From positions 96,001-160,000 of the forward strand of contig JBEKKK010000003.1 in assembly GCA_050010755.1 (NCBI GenBank): DNA of 64,000 nt, in the 5' to 3' direction. Within the stretch, counting starts at the first letter, position 1. Each line of letters starts with the position of its first letter. The position numbers and the translations under genes were made by a program. Below are positions 21,097 to 29,601 of the stretch, piece after piece. The notes below the pieces were generated by a model that was given only the letters and a program-made list of their open reading frames with translations, had not been told where the DNA came from and searched no databases. The stretch is from Candidatus Bathyarchaeia archaeon. GTDB lineage: Archaea; Thermoproteota; Bathyarchaeia; Bathyarchaeales; Bathycorpusculaceae.

Positions 21097-21684
21097 ATGA
21101 GTCAAACAAAACCGAGCGAAACGAAACCAAAGAAAATGGTTAGTAGAAGTCTCGCTATTACGCTAGGAATAGTCTGCATTCTATTGATAGCTGGCTTAGG
21201 TGGAGCAATCGCTTACTACACTAATACAATCAACAACAAAGATTCAACATACAATGACTATGTTTCAACGCATCATCACACCGATTCCGATTACGGTTCA
21301 TTGAATACACAGAACACAAACCTACAAAACCAAGTAAATGGTCTCAATACCGCTCTCAACTTGGGCAATTCCACGGTCTGGGTTAGTGACCAAACGGTAA
21401 GTCAACCTGCTGGGGGTCTCGGAATTTCTTACACAACTTGGGCAGAATCAGCAAGCTATGCAGGATATGTTTCAATTAGCGTCACATCGTCAACAACTGC
21501 CAGCACCGATGCGAATGTAGTCTACTCTGCGTATGGCGTTAGCTATAACAATCCAATAACTGTTGGAACAAGTGGAACAGCAAACTTTCCCGTCTTGCCC
21601 TCTTCAAGCATAACAGTCGAAGTCGGAAACGGAAACTTAGTTGGCGGAGCAACAGAAACCGTAACAATAACATATTACTACTAA
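21097..21684 (+). CDS. Membrane-anchored extracellular protein
   Basis: N-terminal TM helix, short coiled coil, Ser/Thr-rich beta domain ending TITYYY; TATA and SD upstream. Confidence 0.82.
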   Translation: MSQTKPSETKPKKMVSRSLAITLGIVCILLIAGLGGAIAYYTNTINNKDSTYNDYVSTHHHTDSDYGSLNTQNTNLQNQVNGLNTALNLGNSTVWVSDQTVSQPAGGLGISYTTWAESASYAGYVSISVTSSTTASTDANVVYSAYGVSYNNPITVGTSGTANFPVLPSSSITVEVGNGNLVGGATETVTITYYY

Positions 21685-22032
21685 ACCATCTCTCTTTTTC
21701 TAGCCTAAACCATACGATACAAAAGGTTCTAGTCAAGCTGATTGAGGAATAGAACTATTTTCGTTGTCTAGTTGGCTTGAGGCTCGGTCCGAGCGGGGTT
21801 AAAGTAAGGCTCTAGTTAGAAGTCTCAAACCCCTTCGTCTGTTTGGGTGAGTGAAAAAGTCGAGTCGTAGTTGACCCATATTTCCCAAACTTCATCGTCA
21901 TCTTTCATCGGACCTTCTCAGCCAAATCATCGATGATTGTGAATAGTGGACCGAGAGAAGGTAGGTGCTCGTCACTCGGTCCAAGAGTCTTGAAACCTAG
22001 CGAAACACAGTAAGGTGGACGAGTGCTAGACT

Positions 22033-22458
22033 TCACGACTGTTCAACCTCTTCTTTTTTCTGGACCCATTTCTCGAAAAACTTAGGAAATGTTTTTCTCC
22101 ACTCCCGCATTTTAGGTTCTGAACCGTCCAAGTATTCCAAAGCTTTTGAGACAGCTTCAACCCGCTCTGATTTTCGCTCAAACACCCATTCTTTTTGGTC
22201 GCATTGATAGTCTTGGAATTCTGGAAAGCTGGCGTTCGGATGGTCCCTTCGATAATCGGAAAAAGTTTTGTAGAATGTTAAGTCTGTATCGATTAGCAAC
22301 AGCCCGTTTACATCTGAGGGAAAGAGCTTGGAAATAGTTTCGTTTACTGTTCTCAACATCTCGATTCTAGCCGATTCTCTTACTTCTTTTTGTTGCTCTC
22401 GGTAGTGCTGATTATACAGACGCTTTTGCTCTGCATCTTTAAACGGAAACTTTGTCAC
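22033..22458 (-). CDS. Hypothetical element protein
   Basis: 141-aa ORF, GTG start with AAGGGGT SD-like sequence. Confidence 0.7.
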   Translation of the reverse strand: MTKFPFKDAEQKRLYNQHYREQQKEVRESARIEMLRTVNETISKLFPSDVNGLLLIDTDLTFYKTFSDYRRDHPNASFPEFQDYQCDQKEWVFERKSERVEAVSKALEYLDGSEPKMREWRKTFPKFFEKWVQKKEEVEQS

Positions 22459-22613
22459 ACCCCTTAGTGAATTGTGAAGGACTGCATTGAATCACCTAAA
22501 GTTGAGTTTTAGGTTACGGATTTTTCTATCTCCTAAGAGAATAGGGTCACGACACACACCATGGTAGGGAGTAATTCGTGCCATACCGTCCTTATGCAGT
22601 CCTGTCACTGTGC

Positions 22614-22811
22614 TCAATCGCTCCCTTCCCAGATTTGCACTAAGGTTGTTTGTTCTCTCTGAGTCTTAGCCTCTTTTTCTTGTCGTTTTCGAATTCGCTC
22701 TTGTTTTCTTTCATACTTGAGACTGTGGTCGATGGAGCAAAACGGAAAATCACCCACCCATGTAACAAGAGGACGGGGTATTTTTCGTTTACAATATTTA
22801 CATTTAGGCAA
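22614..22811 (-). CDS. Small zinc-finger (TRASH-like) protein
   Basis: CKYC...FCSIDH plus basic helix; overlaps the upstream gene. Confidence 0.7.
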   Translation of the reverse strand: MPKCKYCKRKIPRPLVTWVGDFPFCSIDHSLKYERKQERIRKRQEKEAKTQREQTTLVQIWEGSD

Positions 22812-23325
22812 GAGCTTTCTTCTTCCTTTCTCGTTCGAGTTTCAAATCGGCGATTTCATTAAGTTTCTTCTGGAATTCAGCGTCTTCTTTGTCGTCCTTT
22901 TCGAGACCAGCCATAATCTTATCGTTGAAAGCTCGGTCCCGCTCTTCGATTCTCTCAAGCATTTCCAGAGTTTTTTGGTGAAGCTCATAATCTCGTGAAT
23001 CTATATCGTTGAGTCTTGCCAAAACATTATTGTGAAGCTCTTCGTTTTCCTTTTCTCGTTTCTGTAGAAAGTCAATCACGAGCTTACGCCAGTAGCCTTC
23101 GAAAGCCTCAGCATCTAGGAAAAGCTTGAATTCTTTTGCGGTAGCGTAGCGTTTTCTCACTTGATTAGCATACTCGATTCCGTGGGTTTTCTCTAAGGCT
23201 TTGCAGTAGTCGTCAACTTGCTTCTCGAAAGATACTTCTTGGTTTTGCTGTTCTTGCTGGTCGATTTCGTCCTCTGAGTTTTCTTCCTGTTCTGAATCTT
23301 CTTGGTTTTCGTTTTCTTCGTCCAT
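22804..23325 (-). CDS. Acidic coiled-coil hypothetical protein
   Basis: 173 aa, E/D/Q-rich N-terminus, AAGGTGA SD. Confidence 0.78.
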   Translation of the reverse strand: MDEENENQEDSEQEENSEDEIDQQEQQNQEVSFEKQVDDYCKALEKTHGIEYANQVRKRYATAKEFKLFLDAEAFEGYWRKLVIDFLQKREKENEELHNNVLARLNDIDSRDYELHQKTLEMLERIEERDRAFNDKIMAGLEKDDKEDAEFQKKLNEIADLKLERERKKKALA

Positions 23326-23434
23326 ACTATCACCTTTTTGTTACTATGAAATGTGAAGGCACGGCAGACTGAAAATGTCCGAAAGAGGCGTGATTTGTGC
23401 AAATAGGAGTAAGACCACCGTGCCCGTCACCGTT

Positions 23435-23758
23435 CTATTCGAAGGGTAGGGTTTTATGGGGCTGTTTTGGTTGAAGTCGTTTCTTGCCTTCTTTGATTGG
23501 GTAACTGTCGCCTTCGGTGTATTCCTCTTCGGGGTTCTGTTCCTGTTTGTTGCCATCATCTGATTTGATGTCTGTTTGAATTGTTGGGTGCTGTGACATA
23601 TCAGCGTCTTGAGTTACAGCGTTGTCTTGTGGTGTGTAAGCATCAGCCTTAACTTCGTTGAAGTAGCTGGGGTCGTTGTAGTGTTTGTCCCTCTGTTTCT
23701 TTTTTGTTTCGTCCACATTCAACGATTCTTTATTGCCCGTTTCTTGATTGTTGCTCAT
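23435..23758 (-). CDS. Hypothetical low-complexity protein
   Basis: 107-aa ORF with GGTGGTGA SD. Confidence 0.65.
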   Translation of the reverse strand: MSNNQETGNKESLNVDETKKKQRDKHYNDPSYFNEVKADAYTPQDNAVTQDADMSQHPTIQTDIKSDDGNKQEQNPEEEYTEGDSYPIKEGKKRLQPKQPHKTLPFE

Positions 23759-23777
23759 GATTTTTTCACCACCTTTG

Positions 23778-24203
23778 TCAATTTTCTATCCACGGAAGAG
23801 CAAAATCTTCTGTGAGAAACAAACAACTGGCACTTGATATTTTTTCGAATGCCTCTTTTGAGCTAATCACTTTTTCGTCTTCGGAAATTTTGATTGAGAG
23901 ACCGTCATATTTCGAGCCAATCGAAATTTGCTCGGTACAACCTTCGCCTTCTTTATCGATTCGGCATACATAGATTTTCAAGCATCTTTCTGGCGTTTGT
24001 GGTTTGTCTGGGGCAAGTTTTATCATGCGTCCCGTGTGACCTTTAAGCAGTTTCACGGTCCAATTGACATAATCGTCTTCATTCCAGCACTTGATGTTTA
24101 CAGAGGTTTCTAAGAAGATTCTGGTTCGCCTTCCGTGCGAATCGGCATTTTCACGGTAGAAAATTATCGGCACTGTGATGTTTCTTCCTTCTTTGACTAA
24201 CAT
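23778..24203 (-). CDS. Hypothetical protein
   Basis: 141-aa ORF, 1 nt from the upstream stop. Confidence 0.7.
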   Translation of the reverse strand: MLVKEGRNITVPIIFYRENADSHGRRTRIFLETSVNIKCWNEDDYVNWTVKLLKGHTGRMIKLAPDKPQTPERCLKIYVCRIDKEGEGCTEQISIGSKYDGLSIKISEDEKVISSKEAFEKISSASCLFLTEDFALPWIEN

Positions 24204-24204
24204 T

Positions 24205-24933
24205 TTAGCTTACCTTCTTCTGGCGTTCTTTCTGTCTCTGAGCTTCTGCCTCAGTTTCGAGATAGTAATTTTGACTTCTTTCCCTAGCCTTTTGTCGTTC
24301 TCGTTCGTTGCATCTGGCTAAATATCTTTGAAGCTCACTGTTAGGGTCGTTCTTTTCCGAACCCGTTAATTCAACTTGAACGGCACTTTTGCCCTCTTCT
24401 GATTTAGGATTATCACCGTTCGAACCGTAGCTGATATTTTGCCCGTTTTTCATAGCTTCAACCGTCTTACGCCATAATGCGTCCAACACCTGTTTAGCCT
24501 CAGCCTTTTCCTCTTGTGTGCCGTTTTGCTCAAGCTCACGCAAATGACTAACCATCGCCTCATGGCTTTCGAACTTCATGCTTTTCAAATCGCTGTTTTG
24601 GTTGCGTCCGAGTTGAGCGTCATTCATAGGTGCTGTGCCACTCGGTGCACCACGAGCTTCATCACGGAGCTTAACCAAGTTCGCAATAGCTGAATCCAAG
24701 TCTGCCTTTGTTGAAACATCACCTAAAGTCAAACCCAATTTCGCATAATCTTGGGCAAGACGCTGTTTTGTTTCGTCAAAGAACTTCTGAGCCTCTTCTG
24801 CACCTTCGAGACCTTTCGTCAAAAATTCGTTTTCGACTTTCTTTTGAGCTATCTCTTGAGCCATCTCTTTCATTGCGGTATCGTCTATATGCACTTCGAG
24901 CTTGTGCTTTTTCTGATTGTCTTCGGTGCTCAT
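24205..24933 (-). CDS. Helical/coiled-coil hypothetical protein (possibly scaffold-like)
   Basis: 242 aa, charged and helical; ATGA overlap with the upstream gene. Function is inference only. Confidence 0.75.
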   Translation of the reverse strand: MSTEDNQKKHKLEVHIDDTAMKEMAQEIAQKKVENEFLTKGLEGAEEAQKFFDETKQRLAQDYAKLGLTLGDVSTKADLDSAIANLVKLRDEARGAPSGTAPMNDAQLGRNQNSDLKSMKFESHEAMVSHLRELEQNGTQEEKAEAKQVLDALWRKTVEAMKNGQNISYGSNGDNPKSEEGKSAVQVELTGSEKNDPNSELQRYLARCNERERQKARERSQNYYLETEAEAQRQKERQKKVS

Positions 24934-25298
24934 GCTTTAACACCTTTCAATTCTTTTCTGAGTTTTTGAGCAAGCTCTTTGTTTCCAGCAAGCTCGGCAT
25001 CTTCGACTTTTTGAAGGTCGGAATAGTATTTTTGCGCCTCTGGCGGGAGTTGACTTAGGTTGCAAAGTCCGAGAAAACTGTTCGAGAATTTCAGATGAAT
25101 TTCTTTGTTTGGCAAATCATACTCGGTACAGAAAAGCAGTCTTTTGCCTTCGTACAGGTCGGCGAGAATCTGCTTCACATTCTTTCCGAAAATCTCGTGT
25201 AGGATTGCCGTTGAATCTATGCCCGTAGCTTGAGTCAAGATTCTGAGCGTTTCGGCGGTTTCGGTTGTAATCCACGCCGTAGTTCTGTTTTGCGTCAT
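24930..25298 (-). CDS. Putative ribbon-helix-helix regulator, first gene of the leftward operon
   Basis: N-terminal RTTAWIT strand followed by two helices; TTTATA box upstream at ~25345-25350. Confidence 0.65.
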   Translation of the reverse strand: MTQNRTTAWITTETAETLRILTQATGIDSTAILHEIFGKNVKQILADLYEGKRLLFCTEYDLPNKEIHLKFSNSFLGLCNLSQLPPEAQKYYSDLQKVEDAELAGNKELAQKLRKELKGVKA

Positions 25299-25683
25299 GA
25301 TTATCAGTCCTTTTGTCTATAATATAGCGTGCTAAGGTCAACTATATAAACTTAACGGTTCAGTTAGTGGCTTACGCCCTATCTTAGCCACTACAGGTAG
25401 CGGTTAGAAGAAAAAGAAGCTCAAAAATTAAGCTATTGATTAAACGGACCCCGAATCGAACCGTAAACCTTAAATATTTGGGTTGCTACTCTATATTGAG
25501 TAAGCACAAATCAATCTAGCACGGGGATTGTCAACTCTCTTCATGTCGTACACTTTTTTCCCGTGCTTAAAATCACTAGCCGTAGTGCCTCATTCTTTGT
25601 TCTGGACACTAGCGAACCCGTAAAGCTTATATATAAAGGTTTGCGTTTCTTCCATCATACGACATAGAAGAGAAAACGATAGA

Positions 25684-25851
25684 ATGCCAGCACCTAACAT
25701 TGAAAACAACATCTGTCCGATTTGCGAAGCACGAGAAAAGAAGAACGGAAAAACTAAGCTCGGCAAAATTCGGTTCAGATGTCCTCATTGCGGTTTCAAC
25801 GAGACAATAGGCTCGGTAGCTCACAACAGAAGCAAGAGGTCACAAACATGA
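25684..25851 (+). CDS. 55-aa zinc-ribbon protein (IS1 InsA-like ribbon), absent from the ORF track
   Basis: Hand translation: MPAPNIENNICPICEAREKKNGKTKLGKIRFRCPHCGFNETIGSVAHNRSKRSQT*. TATA at ~25627; ATGA overlap with the HNH gene. Confidence 0.75.
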   Translation: MPAPNIENNICPICEAREKKNGKTKLGKIRFRCPHCGFNETIGSVAHNRSKRSQT

Positions 25852-26231
25852 GCTTCGGCATTATGAGAGACATCAGAAGACAGCAACAAAAAGAATATGC
25901 TCAGTCACCGCTCTATCAACTGAAAGCTCGAACAAGAGCAAAAACAAAAGCGCACCACTTGAGAAAAGACTTTTGCGAAACATGTGGTTCAACCACGGAC
26001 CTAGACACACACCACTTCACATACGAATTCGAATGGAGCTACAAAGACTGTGTAACCGTGTGCTCAAAATGTCACGGAATAATAGAAACATGGATGCACA
26101 AATTCGGACCAGACGAAACACGAGCCTTCGTCATCGACATAACAATCAAACGAACAAACCCACAACTAACAATCGACACCGACAAACCAAGCATTCACGA
26201 ACCAACACTAACCCTAACTCAGAGGACTTAA
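25848..26231 (+). CDS. HNH-type endonuclease
   Basis: CETCG...LDTHH...VTVCSKCH zinc-binding HNH pattern; ATG at 25848 after GAGGT. Confidence 0.82.
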   Translation: MSFGIMRDIRRQQQKEYAQSPLYQLKARTRAKTKAHHLRKDFCETCGSTTDLDTHHFTYEFEWSYKDCVTVCSKCHGIIETWMHKFGPDETRAFVIDITIKRTNPQLTIDTDKPSIHEPTLTLTQRT

Positions 26232-27281
26232 CGACTGTGCCAATACGGACCTAACAATCGTGCCAATGAACGAGCGGGAACAAGTGAAGGTTCAAAAGTA
26301 GAAGACACTATCGTACAACAACGACACTAACAGCAACTTTATCTTTTCAGTAAGAATGCTTGATTTTGCTATAGACACACCAACAGCACCACAACAGAAA
26401 GTGTTAGTCATCTACACAGCACTAAGAGGGACTTCGAGATAATACACATGGAGTCTAAGCGTTCTTGAATAGGTCGAAAATGTGGATGTTTTTCTACACT
26501 AGGTTGTTTTGGTACACTACCACCCTACCTCTAGCCCTCTATGGGGAATTTATCGGTAAAATCTGGAAATATTGGAATCGCCTAGCTGGAATGCTGGAAA
26601 AATGGCTTATGAATCTTTGATGGAATCCGAGCCAATAATGAGCCGAAAATCATTGAAAAACCGTGGAAAATGCCGTCTGGAAAAATCGGTCCGTAAAATC
26701 TAATCTGAATCGAAAGTGCGCTTATGTATTAGGTGAGGTAGGTTCTGGGGGTGGGTCTGTTTCTGGGCTGTTGACCTGTCGAACGAGTTAATCAATAGCT
26801 TAATTAACCCAGAATAGGCTCCGTATCCTATGAAAGCCGTGATTCTTGACCCGTTCGCCGTGTCCATGCCGTTTCATCGTCCGTTGCTGTTCTTCTATAT
26901 AAACCGTTCGGTCTGGGCTTAATATATGTTGCGGAAAAATTAACCAATTAGTTAAACTGCTTGGCTAATTCGTCCATCCTCAGAGCTACAATTCATATCG
27001 CAAAGTTTACGATACCAAACCACGAATTAAGCCCAAAGAATGCCGCAAAAAGCAATAAACCAGAACTATAAAGTCAAAGTTACATTAAACCCTAACCTCA
27101 AAACAAAAACAGTTAAACAGCTTCAAAGTCCATGATAACAAGCCAAAACAAACCCAAAACAGCCACAAAACCCCCCTACCACTTCAAAACTCGAAGAAAA
27201 GGACAGGATTATGGTCCGTACCTGTATGATGTAGTGGTGGGTTGGGAATCTTGGAAAATTGAGCTAAAAGAGGATTGGCTC

Positions 27282-27539
27282 TTATTCTTCTTCGTCCTCT
27301 TCTTTCTCTTCCTTCTCTTCTTTCTCTTGTATCTTAGGCTCTCGCCTATAGGTTTGAAATAAGTCGTCTGTGTAACCTAAACGAAACATAGCGTCTTTGA
27401 ATTGATGTTTCGCTCTTGAAATCTTCTTTTTTTCGCTCCAATCCTTTCGCTCTAAAATCTCGACCCCGTACCTCAATATTTGCAGAATAGTTTGGAAGTG
27501 AGGCGGTTTCATGTCTTCAATTTTTGTTTTTCTTCTCAC
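27282..27539 (-). CDS. Hypothetical 85-aa protein with acidic tail
   Basis: GTG start directly after the conserved TATA+leader motif; the track's longer ORF runs through a terminator and promoter. Confidence 0.65.
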   Translation of the reverse strand: MRRKTKIEDMKPPHFQTILQILRYGVEILERKDWSEKKKISRAKHQFKDAMFRLGYTDDLFQTYRREPKIQEKEEKEEKEEDEEE

Positions 27540-27618
27540 ATTGAACCCTCTAGTTTGTTTTCTGTTGCTGTGGAGATTTAAGGTTTTTTGATGTTGACAA
27601 ACAGGGAGAAAAAAGGGT

Positions 27619-27696
27619 TTAAAGGTCGTCCTCTGGGTCTGGGTCCTCATCATCGAATCCTGTTTCGTCTGGGTCCTCTGGTTCTTCTTCGTTCAA
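27619..27696 (-). CDS. 25-aa acidic micropeptide
   Basis: TTG start after GGTGA; MNEEEPEDPDETGFDDEDPDPEDDL*; followed by an oligo-T terminator. Confidence 0.5.
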   Translation of the reverse strand: MNEEEPEDPDETGFDDEDPDPEDDL

Positions 27697-27700
27697 GTTT

Positions 27701-28051
27701 TCACCGTCCTAACAAAACTTGTATAGGCTCTTCGTGAGGTGCTGTGTATATTGGCATTTCAAAGCACAAGTCGTTGTTTTTGCTAACCGCTTGAACGCTC
27801 TGTTTAGTCGCCGTTTTGATTTGCTTCATAATGTCCATGAATTCTTCGGTGTTGAATCCTATGTTTTCCGTGTAGATTTCCCAGATTTCAACTTTGTCTT
27901 TCTCTTCTTTGCCTTTGTCGTTGACCCAATACCCTGTAGCTTTTGGAATAATGGTTAATCCGTGAAACATTTTCACCAAAGATTTCCGTAACCGTTCTAA
28001 CACTTGAGCGTTTGGCATTTCCGTCTTGACTACAAAGATTTGTATCTTCAT
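27701..28051 (-). CDS. Hypothetical protein, DUF3574/PII-like pattern
   Basis: FHGLT...ATGYWV...E motif; translationally coupled to the integrase. Confidence 0.7.
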   Translation of the reverse strand: MKIQIFVVKTEMPNAQVLERLRKSLVKMFHGLTIIPKATGYWVNDKGKEEKDKVEIWEIYTENIGFNTEEFMDIMKQIKTATKQSVQAVSKNNDLCFEMPIYTAPHEEPIQVLLGR

Positions 28052-29058
28052 GCTCTCACCTCTACTCGTCTTCGTTCGTTGACATATTCCTCTATTACCT
28101 CTTTGTCGGTTCGTAGGTCTGGACCTGTCATTTTTGCGGATTCAAATTGGTGAGTTTCTTTCTCGATGAGCTTGCGTAATGCAGACATTACTAGGTCGAG
28201 AGCTTCTTCTATGTTGTTTACTCGACCATTTCCGTTCGTGTGTTCCAGAGGCATTGAATCGATAACCTTCTTCCACGAATCTTTGAGGTCGTTTCTGTCG
28301 AGCATGTAGGTTAGGAGAGATTTGTCAACACTCTTGAACGAGAGAATTTTCACAATCGGCTCGGACAAACCTAGATTGATTGCTTGAGAAATCCAGATTT
28401 TTCTGAAAAGATGTTGATTGAGCCGTTTCTGAAACCCAGCAACTCGGCAAGCGTTCGCAATCATTTTGTCGATTCCCCTCTGGCTAGTCGGTAGCTGAAT
28501 GTTCGCCTCTTTCAATTGTCGAAACAGAGCCTTAGTTTCTTCACTGATGTAGCATTTGCCGACTACATTCTCTTTTTGGCTGATTAAAACGAATTCTCCC
28601 GTTTCGATTTGTTCGGGCGTTATCTTCAACAAATCGCTCATTCTTGCGGGACAATCTCGACTGAGGCTCAACCACGCTTTAGCCGAAATATCGCCGAGTC
28701 TGAAAACTTTCTGAATATCGTCTAAGCTGGGTCGCCAATTCTCAACTTTAATGCCGATAGCTGGAAGCTTGTTCTTTAGGTTCAACGGTTCTTTGATGTA
28801 AGCGAAGAAGCTCTGAACGGACACAACTCTAGCCCTAGCTGAATTCTTGTTCAAGCCTTTCTCTTTCTGCAACCATTGGAAAAATTGAAGCACCTTCGTT
28901 TCGGCTTTGGGCAAGCCTCTAAGCTCTTCGGCTTTACTCATCCCTAGAAACTCTAGGAAATAGCCCATTCCCTTCTTATAATGAATCTTCGTGCTTGCCC
29001 CTAGAATCTGGCTCAACCACTCTTCTTCTAGTCCCATATCATAACTCATTTTTCCCAT
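28048..29058 (-). CDS. Tyrosine recombinase/integrase
   Basis: SAM-like N-domain, PARMSDL (R), QKE (K), HLFRK (HxxR), C-terminal Tyr (LLTY). SFK replaces the usual GH. Confidence 0.88.
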   Translation of the reverse strand: MGKMSYDMGLEEEWLSQILGASTKIHYKKGMGYFLEFLGMSKAEELRGLPKAETKVLQFFQWLQKEKGLNKNSARARVVSVQSFFAYIKEPLNLKNKLPAIGIKVENWRPSLDDIQKVFRLGDISAKAWLSLSRDCPARMSDLLKITPEQIETGEFVLISQKENVVGKCYISEETKALFRQLKEANIQLPTSQRGIDKMIANACRVAGFQKRLNQHLFRKIWISQAINLGLSEPIVKILSFKSVDKSLLTYMLDRNDLKDSWKKVIDSMPLEHTNGNGRVNNIEEALDLVMSALRKLIEKETHQFESAKMTGPDLRTDKEVIEEYVNERRRVEVRA

Positions 29059-29157
29059 CTCCCTTAACTTTTATGAAGTAGAAATCAGAACTGGAGGGTA
29101 AGGTTCATAGCTGAACCGAGATAGACTACTTTGTGTGGCAATTGCTGGGTGTTATGA

Positions 29158-29601
29158 ATGGTTGACATTTCAGAGATGTCTACGATAGTGGCAGCAGTAG
29201 GCGTGTTGATAGGTGTGGTTCTTACTGTCGTGGAGCTGAGAAATCTAGTCAGGCAGAGACAGACAGACCTTATAATGAAACTTTACTCGGATTTCGACAA
29301 TATCGAATTCCAGAAGGTATGGCGGGAGGTTTTGAACAGAGAAGCCAAGTACGTTCATGATTATGAGAATAAATATGGCTTCGCTGAATTAACCGCAGTT
29401 GGCATGTTCTTTGAAGGAATCGGTATTCTTCTTAAAAGAAAACTCATAGACATAGACCTAGTTGACGACATGTTCACTTCGCCTATCAAATGGACATGGG
29501 AAAAAATAAAGGATATAACATTAGAAGCCAGAAAGGACAGAAATCAACCAGAGATATTGGAGTGGTTCGAATATCTTTACAATGAAATGAAGAAAAGATA
29601 A
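29158..29601 (+). CDS. Membrane-anchored protein (DUF4760-like)
   Basis: N-terminal TM helix, FFEGIGILLKRKLID, W...FEYL pattern. Confidence 0.8.
   Translation: MVDISEMSTIVAAVGVLIGVVLTVVELRNLVRQRQTDLIMKLYSDFDNIEFQKVWREVLNREAKYVHDYENKYGFAELTAVGMFFEGIGILLKRKLIDIDLVDDMFTSPIKWTWEKIKDITLEARKDRNQPEILEWFEYLYNEMKKR

Noticed and set aside
21939-23430. Canonical integron attC sites or hammerhead/HDV ribozymes
   Set aside because: No RYYYAAC/GTTRRRY cores and no correctly placed ribozyme consensus; kept only as non-canonical candidates.
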